DNA of 64,000 nt from Octopus vulgaris (Eukaryota), in assembly GCA_951406725.2 (NCBI GenBank), contig OX597814.1:208940001-209004000 (forward strand). Direction: 5' to 3'. Each line of letters opens with the position of its first letter. Positions within the stretch are counted from its first letter, which is position 1. The notes under the pieces are model-generated. The model saw only the letters and a list, made by a program, of their open reading frames with translations. It ran no database searches and was not told the origin of the DNA. Positions 52,826 to 64,000 of this stretch are shown piece by piece. The position numbers were made by a program, and so were the translations under genes.

Positions 52826-53060
52826 TAGGGAGAGTTTACGAAAAAAACAAAAGACGAAGACAGGTGGTGTACAAAACAAACAGATGTATTAGTATAACAC
52901 TTAAGAATAGAAAAAGTCTTTTACGTTTCGAGCCTATGCTCTTCTACAGAAAGGGACACAGAAAAAAACAAGGAGAGAAACAAGGAGAGAAAAAAAAGAG
53001 AGAAAAAAAAGAGAGAAAAAAGGAGAGAAAAAAAGGAGAGAAAAAAGAGAAAAAAAGGAG
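52826..53060 (-). mobile_element. PLE-like terminal fragment, second copy
   Basis: Near-identical to 34216-34400; TA-rich flanks. Confidence 0.65.
52918..52953 (-). ncRNA. Minimal hammerhead-like motif, second copy
   Basis: CTTT-CTGTAGAA-GAGC-ATAG-GCTC-GAAA-CG-TA-AAAG; differs from the 34331 copy only in loop II. Confidence 0.6.
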
Positions 53061-53295
53061 AGAAATATATATATATAAAGATTGTTGATTATCACTAGGT
53101 TTTTGCTTTCTTTTTCCAGCTAAGAAGAAAATTTCAATTAAGAACAACAGGTCTTGTGAAGATGTTAATAAGCCCAGGCTAGAAGGGAAATGTAGGCTGC
53201 ATTTCAAGCATGTTATTAGGGTATTTACTAATCAGTGGTAAACACATACAACTTATGTATGGGTTACTAGTTTATACATGTATGTATAGTGTACC

Positions 53296-53691
53296 TACTC
53301 TTTTACTCTTTTACTTGTGTCAGTCATTTGACTGCGGCCATACTGGAGCACCGCCTTTAATCGAGCAACTCGACCCTGGGACTTATTCTTTTGTAAGCCC
53401 AGTACTTATTCTATCGGTCACTTTTGCCAAACCGCTAAGTATCGGGGACATAAACACACCAGCATCGGTTGTCAAGCAATGCTACGGGGACAAACACAGA
53501 CACAAACACACACATGCATATATATATACATATATACGACGGGCTTCTTTCAGTTTCCGTCTACCAAATCCACTCACAAGGCTTTGGTCGGCCCGGGTCT
53601 ATAGTAGAAGACACTTGCCCAAGGTGCCACACAGTGGGACTGAACCCGGAACCATGTGGCTGGTAAACAAGCTACTTACCACCCAGCCACC
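53296..53691 (-). mobile_element. SINE family A
   Basis: Family match. Confidence 0.9.
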
Positions 53692-53956
53692 TGAAAGTTA
53701 CAGAACAGAATAAATGTGCAAGAATGATTTATGGAAACTAGTTTTTTTTTTTTTCTCAATGGACCTTCTTTGCTTGTAATAGGGAGTGTAGGCCCAACCA
53801 GATTGATAAGCTCAAACAAACTAACCCCTTTCTCTATGTTCAAGCCTGTCTGTACATGGCCCCTAACAAAACAGATTCCTCTCCTACTTTATTATTGATT
53901 TTGTTGTTGTTTAACCACATGTCAGCTCTATACTAAATTCATGAGAAGATAAGAGT

Positions 53957-54290
53957 CATCATCATTGTTTATCGTCCGTTTTCCATGCTAGCATGGGTTG
54001 GACGGTTCAACCGGGGTCTGGGAGGCCAGAGGCTGCACCAGGCTCCAGTCTGATCTGGCAGTGTTTCTACTGCTGGATGCTCTTCCTAACGCCAACCACT
54101 CCATGAGTGTAGTGGGTGCTTTTTATGTGCCACCGGCACAGGGGCCAGGGGAGCTGTCAAACAGTCACGATTGGTTGGTGCTTTTTACATGTCACTGACA
54201 CGGACGCCAGTCAGGTGGTGCTGGCATCTGCCACGTTCGGACGGTGCTTTTTACGTGTCACCGGCATGGGTATCTTAACTACAATTTCCA
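53957..54290 (-). mobile_element. RTE 3'-UTR fragment
   Basis: Similar to 29090-29400. Confidence 0.82.
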
Positions 54291-54357
54291 TTTGATTTTT
54301 ATTTTGAAGTTGGTGTTGACGTATTTGATGCAATAGGTCGTGATGGAGAATTTAGAA

Positions 54358-54999
54358 CTGTGATTCTTAACCATTTTTGCCCCTGGACCTCCTTTGATTC
54401 CTGTTTTACTCAGGTGGACTCTCATTTTAGAAAAAGAAAATCCTATTATGTTTTTATAATTAAATATTATTAGGAATTGTAAAAAAAAAAAAAATTGTCA
54501 AAATATTTTGTGTATTGTAGAAATATGTCAATTTATTGCTTACTCTCTCTTTACTCTATTTACTTGTTTCAGTCATTTGACTGTGGCCATGCTGGAGCAC
54601 CACCCTTAGTCGAGAAAATCGACCCTAGAACTTATTCATTGTAAGCCTAGTACTTATTCTATCGATCTCTTTTGCCGAACCACTAAGTTACGGGGACGTA
54701 AACACACCAGCATCAGTTGTCAAGCAATGTTGTGGGGGACAAACGCAGACACACATACATATATATATATATACATATATACAACGGGCTTTTTTCAGTT
54801 TCCGTCTACCAAATCAACTCACAAGGCTTTGGTCGGCCCAAGGCTATAGTAGAAGACACTTGCCCAAGGTACCACGCAGTGGGACTGAACCCGGAACCAT
54901 GTGGTTGGTAAGCAAGCTACTTACCACACAGCCACTCCTACACTTGTAAATTTTATGTAGATCCCTAATGGTCATATGGACCCTGGTTGAAAACCACTG
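54358..54999. mobile_element. hAT-Charlie-like MITE interrupted by SINE A
   Basis: Ends CTGTGATTCTTAACC and GGTTGAAAACCACTG; degenerate 8-bp TSD ATTTAGAA/ATTTAAAG. Confidence 0.65.
54541..54940 (-). mobile_element. SINE family A
   Basis: Family match. Confidence 0.9.
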
Positions 55000-55180
55000 A
55001 TTTAAAGGATAAAGAAAAAAGGGAGGCAATATTCAGCCTCAGATCAGATTTATAATCAGAAATATTCTAGCCTTGACCATTCCATCTTTTATTCAGGTAC
55101 TTTGTATCAGACTTCGATGAGCTGGTCAGGGCAGTAAGCTAACAGACCATTGGACAAAATGCTTTGCAGTATTTTTTTCT

Positions 55181-55410
55181 GGCGGCGAGCTGGCAGAAAC
55201 GTTAGCACGCCGGGCGAAATGCGTAGCCGTATTTCGTCTGCCGTTACGTTCTGAGTTCAAATTCCACCGAGGTTGACTTTGCCTTTCATCCTTTCGGGGT
55301 CGATTAAATAAGTACCAGTTACGCACTGGGGTCGATATAATTGACTTAGTTCGTTTGTCTGTTCTTGTTTGTCCTCTCTGTGTTTAACCCCTTGTGGGTA
55401 GTCAAGAAAT
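55181..55410 (+). mobile_element. SINE family B inserted into an older family-B relative
   Basis: TSD AGTATTTTTTTCTG at ~55168 and ~55411; diverged head upstream and body downstream. Confidence 0.85.
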
Positions 55411-57513
55411 AAGTATTTTTTTCTGTTGTTTTACATTCTGAGTTTAATCCTGTTAAAGTCAACTTCACTGTTCGTCCTTTTGAAGTCAATAAAATAAAGT
55501 ACCTGTCAAGTACCAGCTCAATGTCATCAGCAAACGACCCCCCATCAAAGTTGCTGGCCTTCTCCCTTATTTAGAAGCCATTATTCTACAGGGACTTTGT
55601 TATTTTCTTTTAAAGACAGTTGGGTGTGATTTGAGAGAGATTTGGCAGTTATTTCTAGGAGATTGAGTGACTGTTGTAGAAGCTCCTTGGTTTGTTTGTA
55701 CTTGAGCGAACTCAGTGAGTTTGAGAAATGTGAGAGGACTGTGACATGATTAAGGAGTGTGACAATGAGAAAAATATTGTATACTAGCTGGCCCCAAGCT
55801 GTCAATAATGATATCTACTTGTATTTTATATATAAATAAGGTACAAAATAATCACAGATACAAACATTCACATACTTCCCTTCTACATCTCACACATACA
55901 TATACTCACAGAGTTGAAACGCTGTTTGATTTTTCTTTTCAGCATTGAATGTTCACCATCCCACTTCTATTGCACAGACACACACATTCACATAACTCCC
56001 TTTTACATACACACACATATATGCTTGCAAAGTTGAAATGCTGCTTGATTTTTTTGTTCACTGTAGAACTTCCATCATCCCACTACCAGGTTTGCCGTCA
56101 CCCCTTCCTTGCTTATTCATCTATCACCCCTTCCTTTCTCATTCATATGTTGTGATGGAGAAAAACACACAAGAGTATTATTATAGTAGATATTACTGTG
56201 ATGAGAAGAGGAGACAAGAGGGATTGAATAATTTAGAAAATAAATAAATATAATAGAGGCAGTGTTTAAGAAGATGAAAGGGAAGATAGAGAAAGGGTGA
56301 GAGAGTAAGAGAGGTGATGTGGCAGATCAAAAGATTGTTGTTACAAAAGATTGTTTGGCCTTGATTGTGCAAATTAGGGATCAAAATCATTCCACCTGGG
56401 ACCTTCTTAAAAGAAAAGTAAAAGTTACCTTCTTGAGTCATGCTGACTCATAAGGGTCATTTCTTGGTTTCTATGGCGTATATGGTTTCTATGGACTGGA
56501 GAAATATAAAATGAAGTGTTTTGCTCCAGAATACAATGCATCACCTGGTCCAGGAATTGAAACCACAATCTTATGATTATGAGTTCCAACACCCTAACCA
56601 CTAAGCCATATACCTCCACTGGGACCATCTTAGGCATAATGTTTCTAGTGGAGGACTTAACATTACCCAGTGAATCTTTTTTTTTTTTGTTTCTTTTTAA
56701 ATGTTTCACAGGGTATGATTGGAGGAAGATCTTGCTGCTATTTCTAAGACAAGTCGAGAGATTTGACCTCATAAATGCATCTTCATTGTCTTAAAAATAA
56801 AGTCATTGAAAGAAGTGTGTTGCAAAGATAGATATGAACTAATAACCACATATGGTTATTTTGCTCCAGTGCAGAGACGCTGTAGAAGGGTACAAATATC
56901 CACTGCTGGGAATTGTACACCAGTTAAGTGTTAGGTCTTTATCTTGCATTGATAAGCTCAGTTGTATAGTCCCATGGGTACCCTAAGAAGAAGAAGAAGA
57001 AGAAGAAGAAAGAAAGCTTGTAAAAGACTGGCACATCTAGGGGGAGAATTATCTCTCATTTGATTAATACCGTAACAAAATATGATAGGCACCAGTACTC
57101 TGTGACACCTGATCTTGGCAATGGTTAATGAAAAGGAAAAGAATGAAAGATAGAAAGAAAGAAACAGAAACATTCTTGTAAATTGCTTTTATTTTTTCAT
57201 AAATTTTCTTTCCATTTTATGTAAATTTCCTAAGGGGAAGTCGAAATATTTATCTATTTATATTTGTTAAAAAGGAAAAAAATGTCAAAATAATTTTCCT
57301 GAATAAATGCTTGTTTTTTTTATTTTATTGAAATATTAATCCAAAGTAAATCAAACTGACAGATATTTTTGCCCTGACTGACTTCAACATTGCTTATTCT
57401 ATAGCAGTGTCCTTTAAACTTCATCATACATATTCCTACCAAAATTTTGAATCAGCAATTTTCAATTATTTTTCTGCTTCCCTCCTCTCTCCAAAATGTT
57501 ATGCATATATACA

Positions 57514-57569
<56 letters not shown>

Positions 57570-57812
57570 CATACATACACACTCATATATATATTATATT
57601 TTTAGAGAATTACTTTATTTAATATGAAGTAAATCCGATTTATTTCTAAACTGTACCTATTATTTTATGCACATAAAATACACACACATCATTATCATCA
57701 TTATTTTTACATCTAGTTTTCCATGGTGGTATCGGTTAGGCATGATTTGTTGAGGAAGATTTTCTATGGTAGGATGCTCTTCCTGTCTACAACCTTTACT
57801 TGTTTTACTAGT

Positions 57813-58042
57813 TACTCTTTACTCTTTTACTCTTTTACTTGTTTCAGTCATTTGACTGCGGCCATGCTGGAGCACCGCCTTTAGTCGAGCAAATCGACCC
57901 CGGGACTTATTCTTTGTAAGCCCAGTACTTATTCTATTGGCCTCTTTTGCCGAACCGCTAAGTGACGGGGACGTAAACACACCAGCATCGGTTGTCAAGC
58001 AATGCTAGGGGGACAAACACAGACACACAAACACACACACAC

Positions 58043-58073
<31 letters not shown>

Positions 58074-58245
58074 CATATATACAACGGGCTTCTTTCAGTT
58101 TCCGTCTACCAAATCCACTCACAAGGCATTGGTCGGTCCGGGGCTATAGCAGAAGGCACTTGCCCAAGATGCCATGCAGTGGGATTGAACCCGGAACCAT
58201 GTGGTTGGTTAGCAAGCTACTTACCACAAAGCCACTCCCACGCCT
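57813..58245 (-). mobile_element. SINE family A, full length
   Basis: Family match. Confidence 0.9.
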
Positions 58246-58844
58246 ATGTGTTATGTGTTATTTTTTTAAATTCTATTTTTAAATTCTATTTTTCTATTCA
58301 AAGCTGCTGAACCATATGAGTCTGCTGAAGAATGTAAACAATGTCAGTTTTTTTTGCTCAAATGGGGTTAATGGAAATATTTACAATCAACATTCATACA
58401 TACATGCACATGACAAGTTTTCCACAGTTTCTGCTTGTCAGTTTCACTCACAAGGCATTGGTCAGCTGAGGCTATAATAGAAGATGCGTGCACAAGGTGG
58501 TTACTCAACCCATTAATGTTCGGATTATTCTATCAAACATAATGCTTATTGATTCCCATTGATTTGAATTAATCATGCATTATCTCATATCTTCAAGATC
58601 TTGATGGTGTAACTACTTAATGTAGAATAACATTGTAGGGTAGGTGTGAGAGCCTGGATCTGGTCAGTTTGAACATAAAACAGATTAAATATTTTGGCCG
58701 GATATGGCCGGTTTAAATACTAAAGGGTTAAACCCCAAACCATCCGGTATGAAACAAACTTTAGAACCATACACTTATGCCTATACACACACACAAACAC
58801 ACACGTGTATATGTGTCTGCATGCACATGTGTATATCTGTTCAC

Positions 58845-59024
58845 ATTTTGTCTGTCGTTATGTTCTGAGTTCAAATTCCGCCGAGGTCGACTTTGCCTTT
58901 CATCCTTTCAGGGTCGATAAATTAAGTACCAGTTACGCACTGGGGTCAATGTAATCGACTTAATCCATTTGTCTGTCCTTGTTTGTCCCCTCTATGTTTG
59001 GCCCCTTGTAGGCAATAAAGAAAT
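58845..59024 (+). mobile_element. SINE family B, head-truncated
   Basis: Family match; TSD TA(T/C)ATCTGTTCACATTT. Confidence 0.88.
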
Positions 59025-59717
59025 ATACATCTGTTCACATTTGTGCTTGCTTCTCTGAAAATTGCATTCTCTGAGTAGTGGTGTTGCCAGTTCTCTCATC
59101 AACAAATCTACATGCTTTGTGCTTTCAAAGCCGCACCGAATAAAAAATCCCTTACTTAAAAAAAAAACAGGTAAAGGTTACTAACAGGAAGGGTCTAGAA
59201 AAACAGATATAGAAACAAACAAATGTAAACGAACAAATATATGCGTTTGTTGTATTTAGTTTTGTCCCTGTCATTTTAGCATTTAAATTGGCCACATTCG
59301 GCTCAAATATTCTCTCTATTCTGTGTTCAAACCAGCTGGATCTAGCCTCTGACACCTACCCTACAATATCATTCTAAAAGTATACAATCACATCATTGAA
59401 ATTTTATAGCTATGAGATAATGCATAATTAACTAAAAGCAATGTAAATGAATAAGCGTTACATTTAACTGAATAATTTGAATGCTGAAGGTTTATACACT
59501 CTGATTTCAAACTCCCCCTTGGGAGTTGATAAAACAAACAGCCCTGTATATATACTAGAGCCAAACTGAAATCATGTCACAATTTCAGAACTCTTTCAGA
59601 TTGTTTGTGTGTGGGTTAAATATTCTGGTCTACTGAGTACATGGTTGTGAATGAAATTTTACTGCTACATCTATTGTGTTGCACTCTTGAGCAAGATACT
59701 TAACTCTTCTTGTAGCT

Positions 59718-60135
59718 AAGGCAGCGAGCTGGCAGAAACGTTAGCCCGCCAGGTGAAATGTGTAGCCGTATTTTGTCTGTTGTTACGTTCTGAGTTCAAA
59801 TTCCGCCGAGGTCAACTTTGCCTTTCATCCTTTCGGGGTTGATAAATAAAGTACCAGTTTCGCACTGGGGTCGATGTAATCGACTTAATCCGTTTGTCTG
59901 TCCTTGTTTGTCCTCTCTTTGTTATTAGCCCTTTGTGGACAATAAAGAAATAGGTATTTTGTCTGCCGCTACATTCTGAGTTCAAATTTGGCCGAGGTCG
60001 ACTTTGTCTTTCATCCTTTCGGGGTCGATAAATAAAGTACCAGTTTCGCACTGGGGTCGATGTAATTGACTTAATTCCTTTGTCTGTCCTTGTTTGTCCC
60101 CTCTGTGTTTAGCCCCTTGTAGGTAGTAAAGAAAT
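59718..60135 (+). mobile_element. SINE family B head-to-tail dimer
   Basis: Full copy plus truncated unit starting GGTATTT; TSD G(A/G)TACTTAACTCTTCTTGTAG. Confidence 0.9.
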
Positions 60136-61514
60136 AGGTACTTAACTCTTCTTGTAGTTTACTTGATGGACACCTTAAAACAGTGGCTTGAGGCACATCT
60201 GTGAAATTCCACTCTCTACATCATGATTGAGTAATTTAGCAATGGAAAGGGCATCCAACCGCATAAAGAACTGCTTCATCAAATATCCAGCCTCTCATGT
60301 GAGCATGCACAACTGGTTGTAAAATGGCTGCAGGAAAACAAAATTCAGTTTAGTAATTATGACTAGCAACATAAAACCTGTGACAGAACAGCCCAGGAAA
60401 GCATTCTATATGCTAAATACATGTTGTAGATTTCACATGTAATATTGAAAGACCTTAAGCTGAATGAAAAATTTATCTTAACTATAGACTATACATTTAG
60501 GAGTGGATCTCGTCTTTAAAGCTGACTGGTTAAAGCAAAGGAAGATGAAATCTAATTAGATTGAAACATGACAGTTACTCTCACAGCTGGCTTTAGAGAC
60601 AAGATGCATTCTGAACTTCTGCACCATCTGCATATGGGTCAACTGATATTATTAGAATTACCTCCCTTGTTTGTTTATTTTCTTTAGATTTTAACCCACT
60701 CCTGACAGAATGAGTTTTGGTCTACTAATTACAAGGATTATCTTAGTTTATCAAAGTTTTACAAATCAATATATTACATATGTGAATTATTCTATAGCAT
60801 GCTTAAAAATTAAGGAGGTGGTGCTCCCAGCATGGCTAAAACAAACTAAACATCTGCTTTACAATGCAATAGAATGCAGATTTATTTTGATGGTGTACAT
60901 GGCTAGTTTTTCTACAAGATGGCTATAGAATATTTGATCAGGTAAATTGCAATACTCGTCCTTATTTTATTGTTGCAGAAGAATGAAAGACCAAATTGAT
61001 GCCAGGCAGCATTTGAAATTAAAATTTAGAAGGTCAAAGTTAAACACTGTAAGCCATTTAATTTGGTATTTTACTGCTTGTTAGATATTGATTTCTGGTT
61101 ACATAATGGTTGGAAAAGGGTTATATGTGATTCAGTTGTTTCTCCCTTCCTTCCCAACATGTAACTACGGCTGTGTTTACTTGAGTATTATACAGTCTCA
61201 AATAATTTAACTTTATTTTCTATTTTCCGAGTCTGTAAGAAGGGGCATGCCCATGACATTTGCAAGCCCACCAAGTCTGGTGAGGTGGATGCTCTTGAGA
61301 TGTGAGACAAGGAGAAGATTCCAGTGGAGCAATGTGCTGGGGGTGGGGTGGAGTTTGGTGAAGCAGTTAGTTCAAGGCTAGGGAGTGGAGTTGAGGAAAT
61401 GTAACAAGAGTGATAAGAAGTGTTGAGAAGGCACAAAACCAGGTTGCTCCAAAGAACAGGAGCCATTATGGACCCACCTCCCTATACATTTTGTAACTAA
61501 AAATCAATAATATA

Positions 61515-61743
61515 TATGTATGTGTGTGTGTTTGTGTGTCTGTGTTTGTTCCCCTAGCATTGCTTGACAACCGATGCTGGTGTGTTTACGTCCCCCGTCG
61601 CTTAGCGGTTCGACAAAAAGAGACCGATAGAATAAGTACTGGGCTTACAAAAAGAATAAGTCCCGGGGTTGAGTTGCTTGACTAAAGGTGGTGCTCCAGC
61701 ATGGCTGCAGTCAAATGACTGAAACAAGTAAAAGAGTAAAGAG
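61515..61743 (+). mobile_element. SINE family A, 3' half only
   Basis: Begins at the internal microsatellite. Confidence 0.85.
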
Positions 61744-61982
61744 AATATATTTTATCTTTGGTGCCAAATAAAAAAAATCACCCAGTACACTCTGTAGAGT
61801 GATTGGTGTTATGGAATGCATCCATCTGTAGAAACCATGCCAAAGCAAACAATCATACTTGGCACAGTCTTCTGACTTGTCAGCCTCTGTCAAACTGTCC
61901 AACCCATGCCAGCATGAAAAACAGATGCTAAATAAAGCTGATGATGATGATGATGACTTATAATGCTACTCAACAATTGTGA

Positions 61983-62384
61983 TACTCTTAACTCTTTTAC
62001 TTGTTTCAGTCATTTGACTGCGGCCATGCTGGAGCACCACCTTTGATCGAGCAACTCGACCCCGGGACTTATTATTTTGTAAGCCCAGTACTTATTCTAT
62101 CGGTCTCTTTTGCCGAACCGCTAAGTAACGGAGACATAAACACACAAGCATCGGTTGTCAAGCAATGCTAGGGGGACAAACACAGGCACACAAACACACA
62201 CACGCATATAAATATACATATATACATATATACGACGGGCTTCTTTCAGTTTCCGTCTACCAAATCCACTCACAAGGCTTTGGTCGGCCCGAGGCTATAG
62301 CAGAAGACACTTGACCAATGTGCCACACAGTGGGACTGAACCCGGAACCATGTGGTTGGTAAACAAGCTACTTACCACACAGCC
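61983..62384 (-). mobile_element. SINE family A
   Basis: Family match. Confidence 0.9.
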
Positions 62385-62806
62385 ATCAGTGATGTTGATG
62401 TCTTATGTTAAATTTCTTGCATTATGCAAATATAAATATGGTCTTCTATTGGCCATTGGGGGATTTAAATTCAGGACATAAAGTGATGTAAATTGAATAA
62501 GAACCAAGCACTTCATCGAACGCTTCACTGTTTCCTCTCCTGCATTGCCCTTAATAATATCAAATTGACAGAAATATTTGATTCCTTGACATCAAGATGT
62601 TAATTAGTAATAAGGCCACAAATTTTGTAAGGTCAATGCTTTGACCCCAGTTCATGACAGGTATTTATTTTGTGTGACCCTGATAATATGTTGATATTTG
62701 AATTCAGGAGAGAGAGAGAGAGAGAGAGAAAGAAAGAGGGAAGTAGGGAGAGAGAGAGAGTGGATGACATAGATAGATAGATAAAGTGGGTGACATAGAT
62801 AGATAG

Positions 62807-62859
<53 letters not shown>

Positions 62860-63030
62860 GAATTCAATACTGAAAATCCTTTAGTCTGGCTCTTTACTGG
62901 TTCTGTCACTCAACTTTTTCAGTGACATAAAAATATGAACATTTAGTTTTTAATGTCTTCAGTATCAATCTCTCTGTGTGTATATTTATATGTGTATGTA
63001 TCTATATTTACATAATCATATATATCTATA

Positions 63031-63429
63031 CTAGCAGTATCGCCCGGCGTTGCTCGGGTTTGTAAGGGAAATAACTATATAAGCATTTTTAGAGAGTTAT
63101 AGCCAAAAAATTGGAAAAAAATGCATTAAAAATGGAAAAAAGAATGATGGTAAATTTTTTTAAAAATCGTTGACTCATCGTAGACATTTTTAGAGAGTTA
63201 CTTCCCTTATATAATAGCGAAAAATATGCATTAAAATGGAAAAAAATGATGGTAAATTTTTTTAAAATCGTAGACTCATCGTAGATGTGCACTAATACCC
63301 AGAAGGGCTTGATATGAATCACGACTATAAGATACCCGCTTTTTGTTAAACTGCACCACAAAATGTGGGAGTAGTTAAGAATCTAAATCGTAGGAGACAG
63401 ACACACAACTTCACTTTTATATATAAAGA
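63031..63429 (-). mobile_element. Non-autonomous Helitron
   Basis: Reverse complement of 8927-9327 with TC...CTAG ends. Confidence 0.87.
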
Positions 63430-63840
63430 TGTACATACACACACCGATATATATATATACATTCACATATTTACACACATATGCACTCACACCCAAACAC
63501 ATTTATCATCATTTTCGTGTCCACTTTTCCATGCTTGCATAGGTGAAAAGAGAGCACGTTTGGGCAGTTTTCTATAGCCAGGTGCTCTTCCTGCCACCAA
63601 CCACCAGTCTCCCAATCTAGAGAGAATAACAAACAGTCTAGACATGTTTACATGGAGAACCAGAAACGAATGACACTTAATCAACTTTCCTTTTGTTTAC
63701 AAAGATTGTGCAACATATATCACAATGTATCAAGAAACCTGAATGAGCTTTTGTGGTGGACTGCAAAGAAATGAGTGTTAGTGATGCCATTGTTTACAAT
63801 CAGCTTATGAACATGTGTAGGGAATGGAAATAAAAATTCC

Positions 63841-63918
<78 letters not shown>

Positions 63919-64000
63919 TACACACAATTACTTGAGCTGCAGTGATATCATCTTTTATCTCTTATTCTTTTCTTTCCCGTGTTTCAGTCGTTAGACTGTG

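Noticed and set aside
60290-60700. Possible host exon in unique-looking sequence (also 34680-34870 and 43480-43720)
   Set aside because: No open frame with convincing splice sites or a recognisable protein motif; small exons cannot be excluded without RNA-seq

Overview
AT-rich, repeat-saturated eukaryotic non-coding DNA. The SINE families, microsatellite load and RTE-type tails look like an Octopus (cephalopod) genome; this is recognised from memory, not searched. I found no host protein-coding exon I can support. Nearly all ORFs in the track are microsatellite or SINE read-through. Contents: three tRNA-derived SINE families in many copies; one young 5'-truncated RTE LINE (29.1-31.3 kb, minus; RT plus a PHD-like finger, one nonsense codon) nested in a SINE's internal microsatellite; many short RTE 3'-end fragments; decayed R4/Dong-like, RTE and CR1/Jockey-like LINE remnants; non-autonomous Helitrons and a Helentron; and piggyBac-, hAT- and Tigger-like MITEs. 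The most interesting signal is a set of unrelated small elements built as an inverted arm, a sense arm and an unpaired 3' tail, often inserted in (TA)n. They carry hammerhead-ribozyme (HHR) or HHR-like motifs in a consistent orientation: one canonical-core HHR at 46116-46198, a minimal variant present twice (34331, 52918), and a 904-nt partially tandem, retrozyme-like unit at 40274-41304. These are probably Penelope-like (PLE) termini or non-autonomous derivatives.
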